Origin: Gnetum montanum
Lineage: Eukaryota; Plantae; Gnetophyta
Reading direction: 5' to 3'
Assembly: GCA_015680685.1 (NCBI GenBank)
Contig: MNCI01000529.1
Coordinates: 1,384-65,383, forward strand
Length of the DNA: 64,000 nt
The position numbers and the translations under genes are program-made. The notes under the pieces are model-generated. The model searched no databases and was not told the DNA's origin. It saw nothing but the letters and a program-made list of their open reading frames with translations. Below, in pieces: positions 27,051 through 40,999 of the stretch. Position 1 is the stretch's first letter. Every line of letters begins with the position of its first letter.

Positions 27051-27502
27051 TGAAGAACGTTCGATCTTCCCACAAATAAGACATATGTTTAGATCCCTAA
27101 ATATACACATACGAGCTTAGATATATTTACCAACTAGTAAGCCATAAGTTTGAGAGGGTAAAATATTACAAATCAAACCAAATCCTCTAGGAGAAAAAGG
27201 CATAAGACTTTTATTATTTTTTATTATTTTATTTATCTTCAAAAGTCACTAGAATCCAACATATGACTTCTAAACCATAAGATTTATGTAATGTATCATT
27301 ATCTTTTGCATTATTTTATATGTCATCTATTTCTTTCACTTTTTTTTTCTTTTCTTTTTTGGTTTGTTTATTTATTTTTGTTTTGAAAAAATTGATCTTT
27401 TATTTTTTTAAATTAACTTTACAAAATCTATTTAAATATCAAGGTTGTTAAAACTAGAAATAGATAACTATATGTACCCTTTGAATATATAGCTAACATA
27501 AT

Positions 27503-27650
27503 AACAATGAGGTGTTAGCCTAGTGACACAGGTCTTGGTTTGGTAACCCTAGGTCACAAGTTCAATTTTACTAGGTAGCATTGAGTTATACACTTCTATA
27601 AATATTGGAGTGTACCTATGTTTTAATTATTTCAGGTTCCAACCCCTCTC
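27503..27650 (+). mobile_element. tRNA-derived SINE remnant
   Basis: A-box-like TAGCCTAGTGA and B-box-like AGTTCAATT at tRNA-like spacing; related copies at 16952, 22624 and about 38800-38875. Confidence 0.55.
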
Positions 27651-29839
27651 CCCCTCCCCTTTATATATCTAACATAAATTTTTTATAGAACTTTATAAGT
27701 TAAATTTATCCATTGGAACCAAACTTATAACTTGGATTTTCCAAATCAAGAGTATTGTCACTAGGATACCACTTTCATAGAGCTTACTTATTAATCATTG
27801 TAGTCTAAATGAACTATTAGGTAGAGTGATAGTAAGGTGGTTGTTTCTCAAGTTGTAAAACTTGGATTTGGGCCTAGATGTAGTCACTTAGAAGAGGTTA
27901 GGCTTTTGGTCATCCACTGATCCTTCTAAAACCTTATAAGTCTAGATGCAATTAATAAATGGGGCTTAGCTTTTTACTCATACATTGTTTCAACTAGAAA
28001 AATTAATTGTTGGAAAATTGGAAAGATTCAGCGTAGAAACCTCGACTCCAAATCCCAAGGGCCTTTATAAAAATAGGATCTAGGGGTACCCTAGATGGTC
28101 TTGACAATCACCTAGGGACTTATAGGACATAAAATGGAAGTGGTTTAGGGTTCATAAACATAAATGACAATGTAGATAAAAATGGCCTACTAAAAGTAGC
28201 AATAGAAAATGAAATTATAGCTATATAAATAAGTGTAGAGATAGAAATGAAACCCAAAATTTGAATAATGTAAACCAACAAATTTACAAAATAATATAAA
28301 AGAGATTGAGTTCACAATATACAAGTTTGTGCCAAGGGCATAGGAAGTTACTTGCTAAAGCCTAAAGCCTATTGGAGAAGGCTATCTCCATGATTCAGTT
28401 CCTTCCTAGTTTCAGCCTACTACAACTTTTCATTAGTTTCCACATAATTTGCTATGTAGGGATGGGATTGGTGTTGCACATTTTGGGCAATGGAAACTAC
28501 GTGAAGATGCCTAGTGTACCTCTAGTTTCTACCATCAAACAACACTACCAAGTGAGGATGTAATGACTATAATGGATCTTGGTGGTTGCCAATGGAGACG
28601 GAAATACAATAGGATCTAGACTTTTAGTGGTAATGACAATTACATGAGGGTGTTTACACCTAGTGTAGTGCTAGTTTCTATCACTAAAAATGTGGTATTT
28701 CTTGCACTGAGCTATTTGAAAAAAATGTCTAGTTATAGTGTTGTATTAGTTGTAAGATTACTGTCATTGAACGGTGCAAGTTGAAGTCATCTTCATCTAG
28801 TGCTTCATTTTCAATAATATCTTTATGTGCATGTGTATCATTTAGTGGATTACCTTCTTTGCCTCACATAACCTATTCACGAGAACCCTATTCCTTCTCA
28901 TTGTTTTCTCGTTTAGGATCCTGTACGAAGGAATTAATGAGACATGAGTATTGTCTCATTAGTAAGAGTTGCACCAACAAAAGGCTAGGAAGAAAACGAT
29001 TGAGATGTAATTTTTGTGTTTGCCCCAAAGCTTTTATCAGTATCATATTTTGTTTTATAGGTTTTGGGCGATGATTTTTGTTGCACATTGGTTACAAATT
29101 GCTGCCATGTTTAGGGGGGATGGATGCCCAAATTTGAGGGTTTACCATATATAATAAGTATCCACTCCCCATGGCCATTCCATTTACTATAAATAGTAAC
29201 AAGAGCATACCTTCTATGCTAGAGGTAGATATTCTAGGATGAGCCTTTTACCATCCTTGGTAGAGTGGTTGGTCCACCTTAAAGTTAATAGAGTGTAGAA
29301 ATCTTGATCATGTTGCTTCCATATTAGAGGCATGTTGTTTCTACATTGGGGATGAAGTTTTCATGTTGGGGGGAAATCTCCACATTAAGAAGGAAAGTTT
29401 TCATTCTTGGAGGAAGCAAGGCAAAAGGAGAATGTTTTACCCCTCCACAATAAGGGTAGGTGAGGTTTACACCTATAGGTGTTTCCAATCTAGAGAATTG
29501 TATGCCCCTCATAAAACCCATCAAATTGTCATTTTTGGCATTCCAAAAGGCATTTTTGACCCTCCCTCCCCCCAAGTCCAAATATAGATACTAGGTGACT
29601 CTTCTCACTCAAGGAATGAGGCTATGACTAATTATAAGGTATTTTTATCCCCAAAAGTATGAAATATGTGAGATTACCCATCATTGATTACAATATTCAC
29701 ATTTACATTGAAGTATTGCCTTGTGTTTTATGGGGTGAAGGCTACACAATAAGAAATGATTACAACATGCAAATTTTCATGGTGTTTCTATGGCTTCTCT
29801 TTGTTAGTATCTAGAGTATTGACCCAAGAGGTATTGACA

Positions 29840-30190
29840 AAGAATACAAAATACCACTATAGGTCCTTGAAGTCATCTATGAGCATGTGAATAAATTCTT
29901 AGCCAACTAGGAAGGACATTTTCTTATCACCAGATCCTATGGTAAAGGAGCATTTAAGAAAGTTGACATGGATGGGAATGAGTTGGTCAATCTAGTCAAT
30001 TGTTCCTATCTAAAGCCATACTACATGTAGCCAATGATAATCAACAAGCAAGCCTACTTTACTACACCTTGTTGAGGCCTTAAATCAATACCATGGTTTC
30101 CTATGACTTTACACTAGCACCACAACTTACTAGGGCCTTAGACTAGTATAATGGCTTATCAAGGACTTAAACTAGTAACATTGGTGACTT
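29840..30190 (+). mobile_element. Tat-family integrase C-terminus and start of 3' UTR (old fragment)
   Basis: KFLAN*EGHFLITRSYGKGAFKKVDMDGNELVNLVNCSYLKPYYM* matches the end of the INT ORF at 48653-48790; followed by degenerate copies of the 3' UTR repeat. Confidence 0.8.
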
Positions 30191-30829
30191 AGGTAGCTTA
30201 GTTTTATCATTTTATGTGACCTGTATACATTTTAATATTATAACATGCTTTGTTTGCTTTCTTTTCTTGTCCTCTTGGAGTTTTGTTTATAGGATGAAGC
30301 TTGGGACCATCATAAGGATGTAACTCATTACAATAGTAAGTCACCATGTAACCTCTATGTGCAAGATTTGGTAAGCTTGTTCTACTTTATCAAGAGTTCT
30401 TGTACCATTTTCCTCCATCTAGCACCATTCTTTGAGCCTAATCCCATAGCCTAATTATGATCTTCCATACCTTCAAAAAAGAATGTTGACCTATGTTTAT
30501 CACTCATGATGTATAGCCATATGATATCTCTTCCTCATTCTCCATTCTCAAGTCCACTTAAATGTGATACAACTCATTTAGTGGAAAAATAATTAAGTCC
30601 ATCAAGCATAATGCATCTCATTTGATGGGATAACCCCCAAGTCCATTGACTATAATGAAACTCATTCAATTGGAAAACCATATCAAACTAGCCTTGGAAA
30701 TGAAGCTTGATAAAGGTTTGATCCCATAAGAAAATTGGGAAAGCAAACTGCTAAGAAGCTAGATGATGAGTAAATCCTCAAAGCCTAATGGATGAAGAAA
30801 TCTTGTAGTGAAGTGAGTAGGTGCTCAAA

Positions 30830-33800
30830 GATCTTTCCATCCATGTCAGCTATCATGAATGCTTCATTACCATAGGATCTAATGATAAGGAAGGACCCTT
30901 CCTAGTTGGCCAAGAAGTTATTCTCATGCTCGTAGATGTATTTAAGGACTAGGTCAACCTCCTTGATCTTACACTTGGTCAAGTTATGATTATGTTATCA
31001 TTTTTGCCTCTCTTGATAGTGTTTGACATGGGAAAGCACTTGCATACACTACTCCTCCACCAAGTCTAGGTCTACTATCCTTAACTCCTTACTTTGCTTG
31101 TCATTGATGAAGTTGATTAGAGTCACTTGAAGAGATGCTACATGAAATTCAAGAGGTAAAAAAACTTTAGAACCATAAATCAAACTATAATATGTTACAC
31201 CAATTTTTGTATGGTAGGTTGCATGATAGGCCCAAAGTGCATGGACAAGTTGTTCATGCCATTTGTGCTTGCTGTTGTTGAGCATCTTCTTAAGCAAGTT
31301 GATGATGGCCTTATTTCTTACTTCTACTTGTCCATTGGCTTGAGGGTAATAAGTAGATGAAAAATAATGCTTAATGCCTAGGTTGTGATAGAAATATTTT
31401 GTTTCTTGGATACTAAATTATGGTCCATTATCTGTAACTATGGTCATGGTTATGCTAAAATGGGTACAATGTTATCTAGGATAAATTTACAGATATGTTC
31501 ATACATAGTTTTCCTTAGGGAAATAGCTTCAACCCACTTAGTAAAATATTTGGTTGTCGTGATGATAAAGCTATACCATACTAAATACATAGGCATTATA
31601 GGTTCAATGATATTGAACCACCATCATTGAAATGACCAAGTGATATGAGTTGTCTACAAATTAGTTGGTGGTATGTGTATCAGGTTACTATGCCATTGGC
31701 ATGTGTCACAATTCTTAACCTTCTACAGGTATTCATTTTTCATATAAGGCTAGTAATAACCTAATCATCTAATCTTAGTGATCATAGATCTAGGTCCTAT
31801 ATGTCCTCCACAAATACCCTTGTGAACTGGCTCTAGGATTGCTCTAGCTTTGGTTTTACCTAAGCATTTTAACCAATATGCCATCATAGGACCATTAACA
31901 TAACGTGTTATCACCTATGATGACATACTACTTCGATCATTTGCATAAAACATCCTTTTGAGTAGTAGTTAGGCCTTGCAAGGATTCACCATGCATAAAG
32001 TAAAATTTGATATCATCATATCACTCCTTGGAAGGAGTAGTATGAAGAACGACTATAAAGGTATCCTCAGCACTCTGCATGATGAAAATAGCATAGTCCA
32101 TAGTTAAGGTGGGCAACTTACTAAACACATCTAGCATCACATTGAGGGATAACATCACAATCGCATTAACTATGGTGTTTTCATTTTAGGGTATGTGTTG
32201 GATATCAACATCTATAAATTATTCTAATAATTTCTTCCCTAGGTCACGATAAGGCTATAAATGTTTGGCTTTACATGCATAGACTTCAGTTACTTGGTTA
32301 ACCACAAGTTGTGAATTGTCTTTGATCATTAACTGTCTAACTCCTAGGTCATGATCTACCATCATCCCTTTGCTCAAACCCTCATATTCTACTTTTTTGT
32401 TGGTACATGGAAACTCAAGACATTAGGCAAAGGATTAGATTTCATCAAACGGGAATGTTATGATGGTAGTGGCATGGGTCCCATGAGAGTTAAAGCTTCA
32501 TAAAAGTGCATGACTACCTCATAATCCTTGGGTACATGGCTAATGATGTTAATGTTCTCATTAGGGAACTCAAGATCTATGGCTACTTAGTCATTAATAG
32601 GTGATATTGTGAGTTGTATGACTATAGCTTGACCTTTCATCAAGGATTGAAAAATGCAATGAAGGTCAAACTCCATTGTTATGGCTTTCCATTAGGCTAG
32701 AGAACTACTCTCATAAATATTGATTATTATGGCTCTAAGAATGTTATCTTCGCTAATGACATTGATTTGACTTTTGTAGATGTAGTGTCTCTACTTCTTC
32801 AATGAGAATACTAGTGCTAAATAATACTTGTCCACTTTAGTGTATCATAATGCATGGATAAGGTAGTATTTTGACACTTGTACTACATCACCACATTTTT
32901 GATAAAGTATAAAGGAAATGGATGTGTCGAAGTTAGCAAGGTATATGTAAAATGGTTTAGCCTCTTATTGAGGATAGACTATTGATGACTGTGCCAACTC
33001 TTGATTAATATTTTCAAAGGCCTTTTAGCATTGATTTTTCCACTCATAGTAAACTCCTTTCTTAAGCAAGTATTACATAGGATGTAACTTATTAGTAAGC
33101 CTAGTGATAAACCTATAGATAAATTGCAATTTTCCTTACAATCCTTGAATCTCCTTAAGGTTGGTAGGTGCTACTAATTTGGATATGACCTTAACCTTGT
33201 TAGAATTGATACATATGCCTATGTCAGGAAATAAAAACCCAACCATCCTACTAGTCTTGACATTAAAGAACATTTGTTAGGATTGAGCCTAAGCTCATAC
33301 TTAAGGCATCGTTTAAGCACAATATCTAGGTCATTAGCATGATCACTAGCCACTTTGGACTTAATGGCTATATTGTCTATGTAGTCATTGAGCAAGCTTA
33401 GCATGTAATTATTAAAGATATAGGTCATGACTCATTGATAGGTTTCTCCTATGTTCTTAAGGTCAAAGGGAATCATAGTATACTAAAAGGTAGCCTAAGG
33501 GATCATAAAAGTCATGTTGACTTGGTTCTCTAGGTTGATCCTAATTTGGTTATATCCCAAAAATCCATCCATATAGGACAACAAGACATGTCTAGTTGTA
33601 GTATTGATAAGTTGATTAATACTAGGAAAAGGAAAGTCATCCATGATAGTTTCTTTCTTTAGGTCTTAGAAATCAATGCAAATATGGATACTCCCATTTT
33701 TCTTAGGGACTACCACTATGTTAAACACCCATTCCATGTAGTTAATAGCTTAGATGAAACCTTCCTATTAGATTTTTAAGATCTCATCATGAACTGCTAG

Positions 33801-34200
33801 GGCCAAATTAGATCTAATCTTGTGTACCTTCTACTTAACTTGTGTAATGTTAGTGTTTACTATGATGTTGTGTTGTAATAAGCTCAATTCTAGGCTTGGA
33901 ATATCTTCATATGACTGGAAAAAGGCCTACATATTCCCTTGTGGACCTTGGTGATGTCTTGAGCCTATTGAGATTCCAGTGAGGAACTTAGTTTAAGCGT
34001 TTTTTTCTTACCACTATGTGTCATGATAGGAATCTCAACTAGAAGATATTTAGTTATTTCACCCACTTCTAAGTGAAAGGTTTTGACTTGGGTTTCAAAA
34101 CATTCTATAGGTTTCTCTATCAAGGCTATGTGCTTGATAAGACTCTCAAGCTTAAGATCTAGGCAATTAGGGTTAATATACTATTCTACATATCCAAGTA
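30830..34200 (-). mobile_element. Degraded Tat-clade Gypsy pol (RT-RH-aRH-INT), relative of the 45367-62759 element
   Basis: ORFs 33219-33428 (LNDYIDNIAIKS..LRLNPNKC) and 31049-31297 (KWHEQLVHALWAYHAT) align by eye with 50939-51604 and 48653-49144; many stops. Confidence 0.9.
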
Positions 34201-37200
34201 TTTGCTCCAGATCCATTCCATTATTGTATGATTTCCATATGCACACACAACACAATTATATATTAGCAAGGGTAATTGAAATCATCATGTAATTGATACC
34301 TTGCTTCGGTGTAAACTCATTGGCTAGGTTGTGGTATGGCTGATATGGATCTAGGAATGTGTGACTGATGACTATCAAAGGTGTAGGGGTTAGGAAGAAA
34401 ATCAAAAATTTTGGGGCTAGGAGAAAATCAAAAAAAGCGAGCCCCGTACCCTCATGACTAATTGCGAACCTCCGGTAGTGTTAGAATGAAGAAGGGAAAG
34501 GAGTAAGAAAGATAGAGAAAAAGGGATAACTAAAAACATCAATGAAGTAGATGTCCAGATGGTAATGAATAAAATAATAATTAATTGCAAAATGTTAAGG
34601 AAAAGAAGTTAACTAATGCTCCAAATAGGAATGTCAGTGGGTCCTCCCCAAAGCAGGCTCATGTCGTTAATGCCCTGACAGATCCACATTCAAAGAGTTC
34701 GTAGGCTCTGGGAATGTCTTTTGGAACAAGAGTTAAAGTATTAACCGTAAGCATTTACCAAAAAGAAAACAATGCATCAACCAAAATATATACACTAATG
34801 ATACAACTGGCAATGAGGTGAACAATGGAGAGAAGGATGAAGAGAAGAGAAATGGAATGGAATCTCAAGAACAAGGTGGTGTACAGCCCCTTGTGTGTTT
34901 GATGATTAAGGTGACTTGGCAAGTCTCATTCCAACTCTAGTCTCAAACCAACCACTTCCAGTGACTTCGCATCAATGCATTCAGTTAAACCTTCCACATG
35001 GATAATGAGGATGCATCTTCAAAGAGCCACCACCATTCTGATGAAACAAAGGAGAGAATGGGAAGCGAGATGGGCCTTAGTTAGAGGGAATACTTTTGGT
35101 TCCATAACCAGTGCTTGTAGCCCANNNNNNNNNNNNNNNNNNNNNNNNNNNNNNNNNNNNNNNNNNNNNNNNNNNNNNNNNNNNNNNNNNNNNNNNNNNN
35201 NNNNNNNNNNNNNNNNNNNNNNNNNNNNNNNNNNNNNNNNNNNNNNNNNNNNNNNNNNNNNNNNNNNNNNNNNNNNNNNNNNNNNNNNNNNNNNNNNNNN
35301 NNNNNNNNNNNNNNNNNNNNNNNNNNNNNNNNNNNNNNNNNNNNNNNNNNNNNNNNNNNNNNNNNNNNNNNNNNNNNNNNNNNNNNNCCATATCAAAAGA
35401 AACATACCTTAGTATCAACATTGTAACTTAAAGGTAAAGACCAAACATTAGCAATCGATGAAAAATAGTTCATCCCATCGGTCCGAACACTTATTGGGTG
35501 ACGAACTTACATGGTGGATGGCACACACTCACACAAAAAATTGGAAAAGTGTAACGATGTTGTAAAACAAAAATAGAAAAAGTTAAAGAAATTTGTAAAA
35601 CAAAAACGTGCAAAAAAAAACATTGTAAAACAGAAATGTGTAAAGCAAAAATTGAAAAAGAACTGAGGGCCCCATATGGTTAGCATTGGTGGCCATCTCC
35701 CCCATGACTGAGTTATAAGGGAAAGATTCAAAATAATGAGTGTCTATTGGAATTTCTAAAAAGTGTCCAACTTCTCCCAATTGATGATCTTAGATTCAGG
35801 GGTGGAAGTTGGCGACGCTCATGTTCCAATGTATATATGCTTTCATTGTTAGCATGAGTTGTCTCCTCAGTTCGTTCCATGCATATTTGCTTGCTCCTTC
35901 GAGTGGCTATCAACCATGGGGTGTCTACTATTGGTTGCATGGTTGCTACATACAGGCATATTTGTTTCTAATTTTCATAGGCACACCTCTCACATGGAGA
36001 CATATCCTCCATGTCATCACCCAATGAATCACTGTATGTGGTGCATGGAATTTTCTTCTTCTCGATCTTTCTGTAAATATTCATCTTAGAAATTTGCAAG
36101 GAAAGATCACAGATTCCTAGGTACGCATCTACGGTACTTAGCCACGACCTTCCCATTATAATGGGGAAGCCCCCTTCATTGTTAACCTCAATCATCAGGA
36201 AATCGGCTGGGTATGACCACCCATACACAGTGGTGATAATGTCCTCCACCAATCCTAAGGGAATGGTGATGGACTCATCTAGCTCCAGTTGTATGTTACT
36301 CTTCTTAAGTTGGGGTAGGTTCCAGGCTTGATACATCTTTTGTGAAATTAGGTTGACTCTAGAACCTGAGTAAAGAAGAGCTCGATGTGGTGCATTTCAA
36401 ATGATCTGTAAATGAATTAAGAGGTTCCCAGGGTCAGATAGTTTCTTGGGAAGGTGGCCCACCTTTATCCAGTCAGTTACGGTATGTGTCAACATAACCG
36501 TTTGTGTACTTAGTTGTTGGATTGAAGGGTTCTCCATAGCGTTAGTGGTTAGAGGCCTATACATGTGCCCAACTGCTTGTTGTTGCAAGAGTTTGTCTAG
36601 GTTCCTAGTTCTGAAAAAGGCTCTTATTTGTATAGTTGTCAGGACCAGCACCCGGTTGGATATTTACATGCTGAATATTTACAGCTCTCGCGGCGTTATG
36701 TTGCTGCGGTTGGGTAGGTAATTCCCCCTGCATTGTTGGAATAGGTTGTATGGGAACTACAGGTGGAAGAGATGTGGATGGAGTTAGAGGATGGGATGAA
36801 TGTGAGATATCTCCAGAAGGAGAAGGAGTCCTCCTGAAGTACTCCCGAACTTGGTAGTGATGTTGGGGAGTAGTGTGATCCATAGAGTCACTTGGAGAAA
36901 CTGGCTGCTACACATGATAACCATAAGGATCAGGCTGCCGGTAAGGGTACTGATGTGTTGGCGGTGGCATCCCCCATGACTATGGGTACTGCCACTGATG
37001 ATGTTGTCCAATAGGCTGTGGACGCGTTCCACTTGGGTAATATGTTAAGGGTTGGTGGAACTACCTTGGGTTAACTTGTGGATAAGGTAACCTTCGGGGT
37101 ATTCGCCGTTGATTAAGTCTTGTATTTAACGCATACATCCCAGACTCCTGCAGATGTGAGATAATTGGGCAACATCCCTTAGGATGGTCATAGTAGCAGA

Positions 37201-37930
37201 CCTCACATCTACTATCATCATCTAAATCAGAATTCACAGCCTCATCGGAGATAGGAATTTTCCCTTTACCCTTGTTATGTGCAGGGCTTAAGTTTCTCCG
37301 CTTGGTTTTGCCTTTGTCACTACTTTGTTCTACCTTAGACACTTCTACGATTTTTAAGACTATTTCTATTCTTGAGTCTAAGGAATTGCACATTTGGTTT
37401 ACCTTAGCCGATACCTCAGTTGTTAACTTTTGGATCGGTAAGGTTTTTCGATTCACCAACTCTTCGAGTGGTGACTCATCCTTCTAATCATAGAATTTCA
37501 CTCCCTTCCTGCGAAGGGAGGGATTGTGGTTGTATTCCTCTGCACTTTCCCTCTTACGTAGCTCATCCTCTTCTTGCGCTACTTGTTCCAACAAAATTTC
37601 AACTTCATGGGATCTAAGTTGGGAAAATCTCCCTTGGGCGTAAGTCCTAAGAGTTCTTCTCGTTTCATTCCTTAGCCCATCCACGATGTGGCAAAGTTGA
37701 TCCCACTTAGCATACCCATGGCCTGGGCAACGATGTAGCAATGTATAGTAGCGGGCCATGGCAGCATCCAAGGGTTCATAAGCACCTTGTTTCCAGCCTT
37801 GGATTTGCTTATGCAAATTGGACACTCTGGAGTATATCTGATATTTGTTGTTAAACAGTTCGAGCATTGTACTCCACCTCCTGATGGTTTTTGGTTCTAA
37901 GGACCGGTACCAGCTCTCACTCTCAACAAA
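34200..37930 (-). mobile_element. Athila-like gag-protease element lacking RT/INT, with 3' non-coding region
   Basis: gag ORF 37484-37867 (..RCPGHG..QLCHIVDGL); protease PKKLSDPG..ALLYSGSRVNL..PADFL..PIIMGRSWL (36450-35968); 34200-35730 is colinear with 42960-44560. Assembly gap at 35125-35387. Confidence 0.8.
35125..35387. other. Assembly gap (263 N)
   Basis: Run of n characters. Confidence 1.
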
Positions 37931-38194
37931 TTAGGCTGAGGGTGAGAGCATACATTAATTCATGGATTTTTTTTTTAGAAAACCCATCCTTAGGAAAAAT
38001 AAGGTACAAAACTCTTGTTCTTCATCCAGAAGGGGTGAAAATTTTTGTTTTTAAATCTTGTTCTTCATCCAGAAGTCCTGAAATTTTTTACTCAAAGAAC
38101 TTTTTACTTGTAAACTAATAAGATTCTATCCGCTAATTTATAGATATATATTATAAATATATAACTAAGCTAGTTTATTTTTTCAATGTATCAA

Positions 38195-38365
38195 TCATAA
38201 GGTTGTTCATCTAAGTAGCTACTCCTAAAATAGAAGACATAGGAAAAAAAAATCAAAGATGAACTGGAGTAGACAAAAATGTAGCTCTGTAGCTCTTCAT
38301 AGACATGAATGACAAAAAAGAACTCATGTAACCAACTCTATTTTTTTGGGACAAGGCTTGGACTA
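38195..38365 (+). mobile_element. RTE LINE 3'-end fragment
   Basis: Ends ...CTCATGTAACCAACTCTATTTTTTTGGGACAAGGCTTG, the same 3' terminus motif as the 12420 copy. Confidence 0.55.
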
Positions 38366-38551
38366 GTTTAGTTAGATAGTTATAATATATATTTATTATT
38401 TGGCCAAGAGAATCTTATATATTTTACAAATTAATAAAATCTCAGATTGATTCATTGAGAATTGATATTTATATTGAAAACCAAAATCAAAGGGATTGTA
38501 TGTTATTCAATAATAATTCTTGTGAAAAGTTCTATTAATTTGATTCTTAGT

Positions 38552-38645
38552 GTTTTTTTCCATGGCATGGACTTTACATCACGTTTTATTCCATGGCATG
38601 AACTTTTCATCACATTTTTTTTTCATGGCAAAAAAATACACTCCC
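38552..38645. repeat. About 30-bp tandem repeat (2.5 units), possibly a MULE-type terminal remnant
   Basis: TTCCATGGCATG(G/A)ACTTT.CATCAC repeated, ending CATGGCAAAAAAATACACTC. Confidence 0.4.
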
Positions 38646-40999
38646 CCTCCCCCCATCACCCTAGACTTATTGGCCTCTAGGCCAAATAATGATGATTATA
38701 TTTGTTTTTGATGATATACTTTAAATTTTCTTTTTTCATTATTAATATTTTTTTGGGGTCCAACATCCATGTAGTTATAGTTTTAATTCTAATAGGCTAT
38801 GTTGACTTATAAAGTTCTAATTAGACTATATATTGTGGGATGTTCCTATATTACAATTATTTCAAGGTTCCAACATCTCCATGTAATTATAGTTTTGGAT
38901 AAAGTTGTTTTTGGATATCCCAAGCTAGAATAGATTCTTTTTTATATTTTCTTTTAAAAAAATTTAAGGTTTTTTCAACAAATCTAATGTTTTTCTGTGG
39001 ATGTGTTGGCACATCTAGCATTATCTAAGAAACCAACTAAAATGGCTTTAGATTTTTTTTTTTACTAATTTTGCATTTTTGTTTGACCTTCTATGTTACC
39101 CAAATATTGATTTTCAAAGATAGAAAAACCAAGAACTAAAATAAAGTTTATACTAGAAAGAGACTAAGGGAGAAAATTATGATAGAAAATAGTGGTTGGA
39201 AAATCAAAGTTAGTGATATTCAACCTTAGTTTTTGGGATCTCTATGCTATAAATATGAAATGCTAAAAGATCAAAAGATTTAAAGCTAAAGATAATTTCT
39301 TCATTAAAGATACTAGAAAATAGAAAAAAGTATTAAGGTTTGGTACTTTTATCAAGCTTAATATTTATGAAATATGTATGTCTTATCCACTATAGTAAAT
39401 TGTAGACATCATATATAAGTGTTACACTATCACGGTGATGTCGTTTATCTATTAGTTAAGGCTAATTAATAAGTTGTGATGATTGACAAAAAGAATGATG
39501 TAGTATACTATTTAAAATATTATTATGCATTTTTTGGGTCTTGATACCCCCTCCTAAAAGACACAATAGTTTTTAAAGATTTATAAATACAATGGAAAAT
39601 CACTGAAATAATATAGAGAAAGAAAAAACAAAATGATGTTGTATCTTAGAAAAGGAAAAAGATTGTTTTAAATTTTCAAAATATTTTGTAATTAGGTAAA
39701 TTACTTATAACTTGATGTTTTTTATTTAACTTTGTTTACTTGAAGTTTCTTTGAAGTTACTATCAAAATTACATGTACTTTACGTTTCCAAGTAACATTG
39801 TGTTTTTATTTTTTTTTTTGAACTTGTGACTTTGAGAGTTACTCAAATTCATAACATGGTATGAAAGCACAATTTAATGTTAATCTCATTATCATTAATA
39901 TATAATGGTGAATGCTATGAGTAGTAGTTCATGGTGTTGAAGTTGATGTAGGTACTTAGTGTGCCAAACCTTTTAAATATCTAGACAAGACACTATTTTT
40001 TACTTGTCATGCATTGAAACTACACGCAAGACTAGTTGCTACACCTTGAAGATAATTTTCTGTACGTATTCATTTTCTTTTTGAAAATATTATCTTATGG
40101 TGAGTTTTTTTAAATCTTATTTCACTATAAGTTGTACCTTTTTAGATAACAAATTGTAGAAGAATTATTCTTTTGTTTTTATATTTTCAATTCTTAGTAC
40201 ATGTTTTACTTTTGTAATTAATTTAATTTAATGGTTCTTATTTCTTCTTGTATTTGGAATTTTATTTTGTTTCTTATTTTTGAATTTACCATTTTATAGG
40301 AAAACTATTGATACTAGCTTTTCAAATAAATATTTGGAAAAATGACACTGGGAAATAAAAAGGTTAACCAATCATGAGGTTTCAAAAGCACATTTTTTGT
40401 TTAAGAAATTTCTACTTCCTCCTTTGGGAAAACTATTTTAGCATCTTCTCCATCACCATCAATCTCAACATTGTGCATCACATCCAACATCATATGTCAT
40501 GGTATATGGATCATCACATTGGTTTAAAGCTAAGAAGGTCAAAGTACATTCTATAATGGTTGTGCATTACAAAGCTATGGCTAATATGTCATGAAGCTTC
40601 AATCTTCAAATTGATAGAAAGGAGTATATGTACTATTTATTGCTAAAATGTAGTATCCAATTTTATCAATATAATCTTAAATTAGCCAGTGAATTGGTAA
40701 AATATGAATACATCATTGAACTTAAGAGATCATGTTTGATACCATTTGTTGAGTTTGTAGTGCTCAAAGATAAAAACTAGTGGATAAGATCATTTGAATA
40801 TATAGTCACAGTTGGTCTATATTTTACTCAGGAAAGATTTGACAATTTGTTAAAATTCAAAAGTGGTTTTCTTAGTTATACTTTCAAACCATAAAGGAAT
40901 ATTTTAGCTTGAACATTGTCTCCTATCCTAAGTATTAATTTATTAATTTAGAAACTAGTTAAAGTGTTCAAATGATTGAGATTAGACATGTAAAACACC

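Noticed and set aside
28050-29760. Short ORFs, possibly another LINE or gag remnant
   Set aside because: No motif clear enough to support a call.
34975-35431. ORFs of 106-145 aa spanning the N run
   Set aside because: Artefacts of the assembly gap.
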